45,432 nt of DNA, taken from Rhizaria sp. SCN 62-66. Lineage: Eukaryota. This document shows positions 8,252-17,418 of this stretch, piece after piece. The notes under the pieces were generated by a model that saw only the letters and a list, made by a program, of their open reading frames with translations, ran no database searches and was not told the DNA's origin. Each line of letters begins with the position of its first letter. Position 1 is the stretch's first letter. The translations under genes and the position numbers were made by a program. The stretch is taken from the NCBI GenBank assembly GCA_001724265.1, contig MEDY01000247.1, positions 1 to 45,432 of the forward strand, written 5' to 3'.

Positions 8252-10858
8252 ATGTCCACAAGTGCAACTATAGGTCACCTCGCGTGCAGCGACCCGGAGG
8301 CTTGCGATCTTGACGTTTCAACATGCAATTCGCGATCCGCACTTTCTATTGCTCGTGCATTTTCCCGAATCGACACGGACGGAGATGGTCGTGTTGCACG
8401 CAGGGACCTGATCGCAGCGCTTCGTACGAACGCTACTGTGCGCCAGTTCCTCTCGCTGTGCGGCCCGCGTGTGCGTCGCGCGGCAAACATTAACGCGACT
8501 CCGCGCGCAGTTCTGGACCTTTTCTCGGCCGTCGACACGGACGACACGCGCGTTTGGACGCTGCCTAAATTCCAAGCTTTCTTTGAGCCACGTTATGCCG
8601 GGCCCGACTCGGCGCTGCACCTTGCGCCCCCGCGTCATTTTTCGCTCATGGCTTGTGGCTACACCGCTGGCTTTGGTGCGCCACCTCGTCTTGCTGCCAG
8701 CTCCAACAGTGCGCCCTCGGCAGGCGCTCTCGCGCGCGATAGTAACATTAGTAGCAACAGCAACGTGAGCGCTATCGACAATGACATCAACAGCAACAAC
8801 AACAGTAGCGGCAATGCCGCAGACATTTCCATGCCGGATCCGGGCGTGGCGGCGCAGACGTGTCCCTTTGCACGCTGCACCGACGCGGAGCCGCGCTGCT
8901 GGCGCGCCGACTCGCTGCGCTGCTGCGACGCGCTGCACGGTCCCGACGCCGCCGCGCTGTCCGCCGCCTGCGCGCCGCTCTTCGTCTTCCCGCACGCAGA
9001 CGCCGCCCGCGGCGCCGCGCTCTTTGCTCCCGCGCCCGCGCCTGCTGCTGCGGCTGCGGCTGCGGCCGCGCCCGTGCTGGCGGCCGGCGTGGCGGCGTGT
9101 TGCCCCGTGCACGCAGCGACGACGGGCGAGCTGCCGCTGCCGATTGTCTTCTGCCGCCATACGGAGGCGTGGCTGCGCGCGGGGCTCCGTCTCGACGGCC
9201 CCTCCACCGCGGACCCTGACCCCGACTCTGACAGCCACAGCGACGGCGGTGGTGACAGAGACGACGGCGCACGGGTTCAAGCACTGACAGAGGCTGGAGC
9301 TGAAGCAGAGACTGAGGCTGAGGCGCTGGATCCCCCGTTTGTAGCGCCGGAGCCGTCGCAGTTGGCGCTGCTGCGCGGCTACTCGATGCCTTATCCCGCG
9401 CCGTACCCTATGCTCGACGACGATGACGATGATGGGAGCGGGAGCAATGTCATGGGTGATGGTGACGACGATAACGGCGATGGTGACGACAACACTGATG
9501 ACGACGACAATGACAAAGACGATAATGATGATAATGACGAAGGCACGGGTGGAAGGCGTCCCCAGATCAAGCGCTCAAACTCAAGCTCGAAACCCCGCAG
9601 CGCTCGCACGCGCACTCGCGCGCCCAGGCAGCCCAAATCCGAGACTGCGGCCGCCTCCGGTGTGACGGGCTGCTACGCGGCCACCATCACGGGCCCGCTG
9701 CTGGACTGGACCGCCGTGGCCGCGTACTTTGCCGCGATCTCAGTGCCTGACAATGCTGCGCCCGCACCGAAGTCTGCGCCTGCAGTGTCCGAGTCAGCGG
9801 CCACCGCTCAAGGGCTGTCCTTGGCGCTACCCGGGGAACTGCATCAGCAGCCACGGTCGCAGACGCAGGCGACGCCGCGGCCGGCGGTGGTTGTGCGGCC
9901 GCGGCTGCCGCGCACGAGCGACGACTCGCAGAGCGGCGACGACGACGGCGGGGACCGCAGCGGCGACGAGGAGCCCTTCTCGCCCAGCTGCTTCCTCTCG
10001 CCGCCGCCGCCCGCCAGCGCCGCCGCCGCCGCCGCCGCCGCCGCCGGTGCCACCGGCTCCGCCTCCGGCTCCGCCTCCGGCTTCGGCCCCGCCTTCCGCT
10101 TCGCGCCTTCGCCCGTAAGCTCTGTCTCGGGCGCGGTGTCGGTGACAGCTGCTGCAGCCGGCGCTGCGGCGCCCTCACTGGTGTCTCCGGCGCTGCCGCT
10201 GGCGCTGGTAGTGAACCTGACGGAGCTTCACTCGCTGCACGACGCGGCGCGGCTGCGCGCGGCCGCGGGGCTGGGCTACGCGTGGTGCCCCGTGCCCGAT
10301 TACCGCCCGCCCTCGCTTGCGCAGTGCCACTGGCTCGCCGCACTCGCCGCGCTGTGCCGCCGCGCGGGCGCCGCGGTTGCCTTCCACTGCGCCGCGGGCC
10401 GCGGCCGCACGGGCGTGGCGCTGGCCGCGGCCGCCGCGCTCGCCGCGCACCTGGAGGGCCGCCCCGCGGGGCTGCGCGCGGGCGCCGCCGTGGCCGCCGT
10501 GCGCGCGCAGCGGCCGCTGTCGGTCGAGACCGAGGCGCAGGAGCGCGTCGTCGACGCCTATGCGCGGCTGCTCGCGCGCTGCGGCCGCCGCCGCGACGCC
10601 GCGCTGCGCAGGGCCCTGCGCAGAGAGGGCGCCGACCAGGACTCGGGCGCCGCGAGCCTCGCGGCCGCCTCGGTGCCGTGCCGCTGCGGCCTGCCTGCGC
10701 AGCTGCACTGCACGGCCACCGCCGCCGCGTTCGCCGCGGCCGCGGCCGCCGACGTGCGGGCCGCGACGGCCGAGTCCGCCCTTGCGGGGGCTTCGGCCGC
10801 TGCCAGTGTCTCTCCGGCTGCAGGTGGCGTTAAAATGGAGGCTAGTCCGATTTGCTGA
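8252..10858 (+). CDS. EF-hand + dual-specificity phosphatase (DUSP23/VHZ-like), ~868 aa, with long low-complexity insertions
   Basis: EF-hand loop DTDGDGRVARRDL at ~8372 plus a degenerate second loop. Phosphatase elements VVNLTE, VPDYRPP, HCAAGRGRTG (CX5R, 10385-10414) and VRAQRPLSVETEAQ. The start at ATG 8252 is my choice; the ORF is open from 8099. Confidence 0.8.
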   Translation: MSTSATIGHLACSDPEACDLDVSTCNSRSALSIARAFSRIDTDGDGRVARRDLIAALRTNATVRQFLSLCGPRVRRAANINATPRAVLDLFSAVDTDDTRVWTLPKFQAFFEPRYAGPDSALHLAPPRHFSLMACGYTAGFGAPPRLAASSNSAPSAGALARDSNISSNSNVSAIDNDINSNNNSSGNAADISMPDPGVAAQTCPFARCTDAEPRCWRADSLRCCDALHGPDAAALSAACAPLFVFPHADAARGAALFAPAPAPAAAAAAAAAPVLAAGVAACCPVHAATTGELPLPIVFCRHTEAWLRAGLRLDGPSTADPDPDSDSHSDGGGDRDDGARVQALTEAGAEAETEAEALDPPFVAPEPSQLALLRGYSMPYPAPYPMLDDDDDDGSGSNVMGDGDDDNGDGDDNTDDDDNDKDDNDDNDEGTGGRRPQIKRSNSSSKPRSARTRTRAPRQPKSETAAASGVTGCYAATITGPLLDWTAVAAYFAAISVPDNAAPAPKSAPAVSESAATAQGLSLALPGELHQQPRSQTQATPRPAVVVRPRLPRTSDDSQSGDDDGGDRSGDEEPFSPSCFLSPPPPASAAAAAAAAAGATGSASGSASGFGPAFRFAPSPVSSVSGAVSVTAAAAGAAAPSLVSPALPLALVVNLTELHSLHDAARLRAAAGLGYAWCPVPDYRPPSLAQCHWLAALAALCRRAGAAVAFHCAAGRGRTGVALAAAAALAAHLEGRPAGLRAGAAVAAVRAQRPLSVETEAQERVVDAYARLLARCGRRRDAALRRALRREGADQDSGAASLAAASVPCRCGLPAQLHCTATAAAFAAAAAADVRAATAESALAGASAAASVSPAAGGVKMEASPIC

Positions 10859-11404
10859 ACTGCTGATGTTGTTTAACACAAGCGGATTCCAATGTTGTGT
10901 GAAGTTTTGAACGCATGTCGTGTCATATCGATTACTTGACGACGGTGTGTTTACTTAGACTTGTTACATAGAAAATGATTTTTAGCGATTTCTTTTTGAA
11001 TACAGATAACGATTTTTTTCTCGCATTATGTATTCCGTTTGTATCATGTCACGTCCACATTTTTGCCGAGTTCTATGTTTTACTTTTCAATTCACAGCTG
11101 TACGAACAATGTCAACTATTATGTGTCTCATTCACTTCAAAACACAACTTAAAACAATCTCACCAGCTTAGGCACACAGCATCTATCCTCTGCATGCTGC
11201 GCTTAGTCACGTGTTTTCAATCTGTGCGCACTGCTCATATGCTTGCGCGAGTTCACGATTAGTCACCGGTCGCTGTGTGCCCGCCAGTCTTCTCCCGCGG
11301 CTCAGTCGCGCTGCCGCATCTCTGCATCACTGCACTGCTGCGTTGCTGCGTCGCCGCGCCGCTGCATTGTTATGTTGCTCAACAGAGCCAGCGCTGCCTT
11401 GCGC

Positions 11405-12917
11405 TTACTCGTGGGTGCTCTTGTCGAGCTTGGCGAGAATAGAGCGCTGCTCCTCAGGGGTGAACTCGGCCAGCCCCTGGAGCTTGGTCCAGCCGTCCGT
11501 CTCGCGGTGGAAGAGCTGCGCCACCGTCCGGTACAGGCAGCCCAGGTGGCGCCAGCGGCGGTTGCTGCGCACGCGCACGCCCAGCCGGGGCTCGCCCGCG
11601 GCGATGGGCTCGAAGCAGTCGGCGCAGAGCGCGACGGCGCCCGCCGCCAGCTCGGGCTGCCGCGCCACCACGACCTCGAACCCGGCCTCGGGCTCGCCCG
11701 CCGCCTGCGCGCCCGCGGACGCGAACGTGGGCGGGATAATGCCCGCGGCGTGCGCCGCGTCCGTCATCGCCGCGCCGGGGGCCGCGCCAGTGACAGTGGC
11801 CGCGGCAGCGTTGGGGTCGGACGGGACGATGGGCGCAGCCGCGGCGGCGGCGGCCGCGGTGGCCGCCACGGCGGCGTCCAGCACTGGGTTCGACAGCTTG
11901 AAGTCGGCCAGGTACGCCTGCTGGTCCGCGGGCGCGATCGACTCGAAGCCCCTGTGTCGTGCACATGTGAAGATGACAGCAAGTGTCAGTGAGGTGAGTG
12001 CGAGTGTAAGCGTAAGTGTCAATGTTTGTGTTCAGCAAAGTAGGTTTGATTCGTTATCAGTGAGAGCATTGCGTGCGTATGTGCGTGTGCGCGCGTAGAG
12101 CAAAAATAGTGTTTTGACTAAATGTTGATTTTGTGGAAGGCGACTTGAGCGATATACAGACAGTTGTTCGATGCCGTGTCACGACCGCTGCTGCGACGTA
12201 CTCGATGTAGGCTGGCTCGCCATAGGTGGTGCAGAGGTCAGCCTTAAGGCTGGGCAGCAGGCACGCGGCGTGGTAGTGCGAAATGTTGCCCGCAGGCGAG
12301 ATGTGGGTCACGCGCGGGCGGTTGATCGATACCACCAGGTCACACTGGGGCAGAGACAGAAACACAGAATGATAGTGCAAAGCAGCAGAGAGAAAACAGT
12401 GAGTACATATGCAAAGATTAATAGAAGATATGGCATATATTTAGTTTGTTTCTTGCGTAAACATGCCACTTATAACTTCGCATGATATTTGAAAATGAGA
12501 AGATGTTTCATCGCAGCAACAACGTACGCTCTGGCAGCGGCTGTTGCGCGCAGCATAGTCAATGGAGAAGCGGTGACGCGGCTTAACCTCGGTTGCAGGC
12601 ACGGCGGGGCGCACTTCCCACTTCTTGATGGGCGTGGCGGCCTTGTCTTTGCTGGTCTCCTTGCCGTGGTGACCGTGGGCGCTGCCCTTGCCTGTGCCAG
12701 CGCCAGCGTTGTTGATGAGCAGATCCTCCTTCTGGTCGCCCTCGCTCGCGCCCGCGCGCCCCTTGTGCTTAAGGTGCGCATGCGAGGTAGCAGCAGTTGT
12801 GTCTTCGTGCTCGCTTTCACTGGTCTCGCCGTCCTTGCGGGTGCTGCTGCGGCGGCGGTTCGTCGGGCCAGCGTCGGTGGCCGTCTTGGTGCGGGCTGAC
12901 TTAGCGCGGGGAGGCAT
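11405..12917 (-). CDS. Protein with two PARP-type (CX2C...HX2C) zinc fingers, 359 aa; exons 12917-12528, 12344-12202, 11951-11405
   Basis: Splicing at two GTACGT..CAG introns gives FSIDYAARNSRCQS|CDL...HYHAACL...IE|GFESIAPADQ. The second finger reads LCADCFEPI...PRLG...WRHLGCL...LQGLAEFTPEEQ. Stop TAA. Confidence 0.75.
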
Positions 12918-13242
12918 CTAAAAAAAGGAGGAAACAGATCTAACAGGCATGTCAGGATACAAAAACGCAGTGATTGTCCAATCAAAACGTCGAGTTACGA
13001 GAAGCTAGCAAGAGTAGTCTTGAATTCAGTCTGAGATGTGACTTGAAGTCAAGTGAACATCAAAGGATCAGATCTTGGGAAATCAACGTTGGTTTCAACT
13101 TAAATATTGCATTAAAAGCTATGCTTCACTGAGTTTTAAAAATAATTTGCTAATGTAAATCTTAAGCACGCAGTTGCATTGTTGCATCACGGAGTATTAG
13201 TCGCGGTTTAAGCTTTAAATGAAGTGACCTGCCATAATGCTC

Positions 13243-13275
13243 AAGTTGCCGCCAACAAACCATGGTGACTGTGAG
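13243..13275. promoter_or_regulatory. Putative promoter module upstream of the zinc-finger gene
   Basis: AAGTTGCCGC (13243) and ATGGTGACTGTGAG (13262) match 5791 exactly and 5860 with one mismatch, in the same order and orientation. Confidence 0.45.
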
Positions 13276-13684
13276 AAACTCACATCATCACTATCAACGT
13301 TCATACTCTTCAAATATACATAACATTCGGTTGGCACGTAAAGAATCGGTCTTGTGGTGTAATGAAAATGGGAATGTGTATAATATTTAGTCGAACGAGT
13401 CGGTGTTCTGTTTGTACATACACCACTGCGATCGCGAAGTCAGTCAGCAGCAGATGTGCGCTTCTAGAACTTTGTAGAAAACACGAGCCGCCCGGCGTGC
13501 CATGCACCGGGCCTACACGCGCCCACTGGCCAATCGGCCTCATATCTTATTAGCAAACATCCATTTGTTCCGGACAGCAAAGGTTAGTAACCACTCTTTC
13601 TGCAGACAGTCATACTCATCCGCAACAGCAAGTCAGTCGTTCTGTCACTAGCGGCGGTCGTTAGTCTGCTCCGTGCGTGCGCGC

Positions 13685-15187
13685 TCAGAGGTCGTCGTCG
13701 AGGGCCTTGTAGGTGACCGCGGTGGCAACGGAATGGATCTTGGTGCTGAAAGAGCGCAGGCGCACCTGCTGCGTCTTGCCCTGCACCAGCTTCGGCGACG
13801 ACTCCTCCCACTGTCGCGCGACAGCAACAGCACCCGCGATAGGGATAGCAACAGAAAAAGGCAGCACAAGGCGAGCGAAGCGGACAAAGACGGGGCAGAG
13901 CGGGAGGCGTAAATCGACAAGGTGTGGTTTGCAGTAGAGAGAAAAGAACGGAATTTTTTTTAGCGATGTGAGATATGAGCGTGGGTGCAAATTTATCAAT
14001 TGCAGGCAGAAACATAATTGGAATATCTAGTATCAACGTCAAGCAATTAATACCAATAATCAAAGCGCCGCGACTGCGCCACTCCGACTGCAGTGGCACT
14101 GGCTGGAGCTGTCTGTCGCGCGCACAGGGCGGAGGGCGGCGCAACGCGGGGCGCAGCGCGGCGCGGGGAGCGTGCGGGGACGTACCTCGGCGGGCGTGTC
14201 GGCGTCGTCTTTGGTGTAGACGATGAGGTCGAACGTGCAGCTCGACTCGAGTAGCGGCAGGTATGTCTGCGAGGCAGTGATTTGCCTGAGCGAAACGTAA
14301 ACCAAGGCGAGTGAACGAGCTATAGATGTGAGTTAAGCCAAATAAAGAATCATTGAAAGCAAATATAGCAAGAAAATCAAGGTGAAGTCAGATTGTACAA
14401 TGCGTCGATTAAATCCTAGCGCAGCGCAGCGTCGCGCGACGGACCTGATGATGGCGGCGATCTCCTTCTGGATGTCTGCGGGGCTTTTCTCGCGCGCGAC
14501 GCCCGTGTCGACGGCCTCCTGGTCCGTGCCCACATCAAACTCCCAACGCTCCTGCGCCTCGCCCGTCTGCTGGTCCTCGATCACCAGCACCAGCTTGCGC
14601 ACCTTGCCCGCCGTGAGCCAATCTGAGTGCAAATGCACGGTTATGAAAAATAAAATAATATGGGTTATTACAGTATCGAATGAAATTAAGAAAGAGGTGA
14701 ACAATAAAGTATATATAAAGTAGGTGTTCTAAAACAATTCAACAGGAACTTGTTATACGCGATGATTTCAACGAGATTTCTTTGTTTCATCAGGGACCGT
14801 ACCGCAAATCTGGCGCAGCGCCTGTTTGAGGTAGGCTGAGACGCCCTCGTCGGTGAGGATCTGCATCTGGAGGCCGTATTTCTTCACAACCTTGAACGAG
14901 TCAGGGTCGAAGAGGCCGCGCTGATAGAGAATGCTGTTGATGCTATAGCCTGCGCGTGCGGGACGGCGCAGCGCAGCGCGGAGCGGGGCAGGCAGGCGTG
15001 GCAGGGTTGACGGGGGTGAAAGAGTGAGGTTCGGAGGAGGTAAGCTTAAAGAGTTGGAGAGATATGGCACAGGAACAAAAATAAGATAAGTTTGGTAGTC
15101 GTACGTACCAAAAAACTCGGCGACAATCTGTGCAGAGCCGCGCAGGGTGACGACGCTCGTCGGCTTGATGGAGGTCTTGGTCGCCAT
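13685..15187 (-). CDS. MAD2: Spindle assembly checkpoint protein MAD2 (HORMA domain), 209 aa; exons 15187-15109, 14949-14803, 14622-14445, 14285-14186, 13810-13685
   Basis: Motifs TLRGSAQIVAEFF, YSINSILYQRG, ERWEFD, IQKEIAAIIRQITASQTYLPLL, TFDLIVYT, WEES and QQVRLRSFSTKIH. Four GT-AG introns restore one frame. Stop TGA. Confidence 0.95.
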
Positions 15188-15371
15188 GTGAGACCGGGGA
15201 ACTCTGTAATAGAAAAATATCAATACAAACAAAGGTTTCAGTAAGTCTTAAAAGATGAACAAACAGATGTGCTCACATCATTTTACATATCTCCCCTAAA
15301 GAACCACTGCTGGTCTCATAATTGCACAGTATCCATGAGAAGTTTGCTGTTTCGGGCTCTCAGCTTCTGGC

Positions 15372-15430
15372 CATCTCAACGGGTATCAGCCTGTTTGTGA
15401 CCGAAAAAAGTAAATGATTTATTCGTGACC
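15372..15430. promoter_or_regulatory. Putative promoter module in the MAD2/TPMT divergent spacer
   Basis: CATCTCAACGG (15372), GTTTGTGACC (15393) and GTGACC (15425) are identical to blocks at 5820-5868, in the same order. Confidence 0.5.
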
Positions 15431-15710
15431 ACAAACGAAAAATCGAGGATTTGAGTCCCTCAAATTCGGAATTGAAAATCATTGATTGTGCTTGAAGATG
15501 ATCGTGAATGCTGGTATAAACGTGTTGGCGGTGTACAATACGAACACTTTATTTGTATCAATTTCAATATCTGTTAGAAATGCGATATGGCCCAAATTTG
15601 ACGCAGTGATATGACTCAGCTTGACTCAACGTGACAAAATGCATCCCCTCTGCCCGCTAACCAACTTCATGCTTTCTGGGGTTCTCTTTCATCATTTTCC
15701 GCGCAGAATT

Positions 15711-16968
15711 ATGTCTACTTAGGATAATGTGTCTTACTGGCAGGATCGCTGGGACAAGGTGCGTTAGAACATCTATATTGATACCATCTTAACCCATATT
15801 TCACTCACACTCTCAACACTGCGAAGCTCTGCTTCTTGCCCACCTTATTTCACCACTGTTCTTCTTCTCTATGCTCCGGACATCTTTTTTCTCACTTTTA
15901 CGCATGCCCCGATTTCCACACATTTGCTTATACCTCTCCGCATTTGCGTCCGTATTCACGCCACAGAGCCAGACGGGCTGGCATCTGTCGGACCTGAACC
16001 CCACGATCGTGAAGCACCGCGAGGCGTGGCTGGGCGGGCGCAAGGGGCTGCGCGTCTTCTTCCCCCTCTGCGGCAAGACCCAGGACATGGTCCACTTTGC
16101 GCGCGACGGCTACTCCGTCCTGGGATTCGAGGCCGTCGATCAGGCCATCGGTACGCATTACAAGATAGAGAGTCAGCAATCACAGTGCGGAACTAGTTCT
16201 CTTCATAGACACTCACAAGAAATGCTGTTCTTTGGTATTGGTTCATTGTTTTTCATTCCCTATTTTCTAGCCGACTTTGGCAGCGAGAACGGCTTCGCGA
16301 TGCGCGCGCGCCACCCCCTGTCGGTGCCGCCGGCGCTGCGCCCGTTCAAGGTGCTCGACGCTGTGCCCTGCACTGAGGCGGCCGCGGCGCGCGCGCGCGA
16401 GGCCGGCTGCGACATCACGGTGCTGCAGGGCGACCTGTTTGCGCTGCCCACGCTGCCGGGCCCCGGCGAGGCCGTCGATGCGGCCGCCGAGGCCGAGCTG
16501 AGCGCCGCGGGCATCACAGGCACCGTCCAGGCCGCCTTCGACCGCGGCTCCTTCGTCGCGATCCGCCCCGAGAAGCGCAAGCACTACGAGAAGGTACGCA
16601 GCAGGCGCATTTAACGCATTATCTGCGTGAGATGCCGGTGTGTTTGTGCCTTTATTATTTTTAACAAAGTTAGCTCACATATGCATATATTCATATTGTT
16701 CTCATTCTCTCTCTCCCAGATCATGTACACGCTGTTGGCGCCCGGCGCGCGGACGCTGTTGTCGTACGTGACGTACGACCAGAGCGAGATGCCTGGCGCG
16801 CCCTGGTCCGTCTCGCAGGCCGACCTCACCGAGACTTTCTCTGCAGATCGCTGGGAGCTCGAGTTCGTGGAGGAGGCCGCTCCCGGTCAGACCTCGCGCT
16901 TCCTCAAGCCCAACGGCGGCCAGCTCACATGGATTCGCGACGGCGTTGCCTTCATCACGCGCAAGTAA
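15711..16968 (+). CDS. TPMT: Thiopurine S-methyltransferase family protein; exons 15711-15758, 15967-16150, 16271-16593, 16720-16968; in-frame TAG at codon 4 (15720-15722), so the start is uncertain
   Basis: Motifs YWQDRWDK|SQTGWH, RVFFPLCGKTQDM, GYSVLGFE, LQGDLF, FDRGSFVAIRPEKRKHY and PGAPWSV. Three GT-AG introns. Stop TAA. Confidence 0.85.
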
Positions 16969-17418
16969 GCTTGCCAGTAAGACAGCTTACAGACAAGAAG
17001 AAGTGTGTTTTAATTAATACTGTTTTGGTAACGTGTATTGTTTGTTATAGGATGCACATAATTTATTAATGTGAGTGATCAGGAATAACAGGGAATCAAG
17101 TCCGTTCGTTTCGTAAGACTGACGATTAATATATGTATTCAGTGACGCATTCTCGTGTCTTGACGTGACTGACGTTTGGCTTGACCCTTCTCCCCCAAAA
17201 ACGCAACAAAGATCGCAGTTGTTGTTCCATAAAAGATATAGTTTACGTACGAGATTCTCATAATAAAAAGCGTTTTAAGATTCAGTTACAGTTTCACAAA
17301 TCGATTTCAATACAATAAATAGTGCAGTCACATCGAGATATGCTACACACAGACAGTCTCCGTCACACAAGTTTGAGTCAAGACATTTTGGCTTTTACTA
17401 CAACATAGTTAGCTCCGC

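Noticed and set aside
467-15187. Kinesin-5 and MAD2 as a physical mitosis gene cluster
   Set aside because: Only two genes, separated by unrelated ones, so proximity alone is compatible with chance. The shared upstream motifs are reported separately.
15727-15758. Alternative TPMT start ATG TGT CTT... spliced to an acceptor 2 nt downstream
   Set aside because: It would discard the conserved WxxRW motif and require a GAG acceptor immediately after a good CAG.
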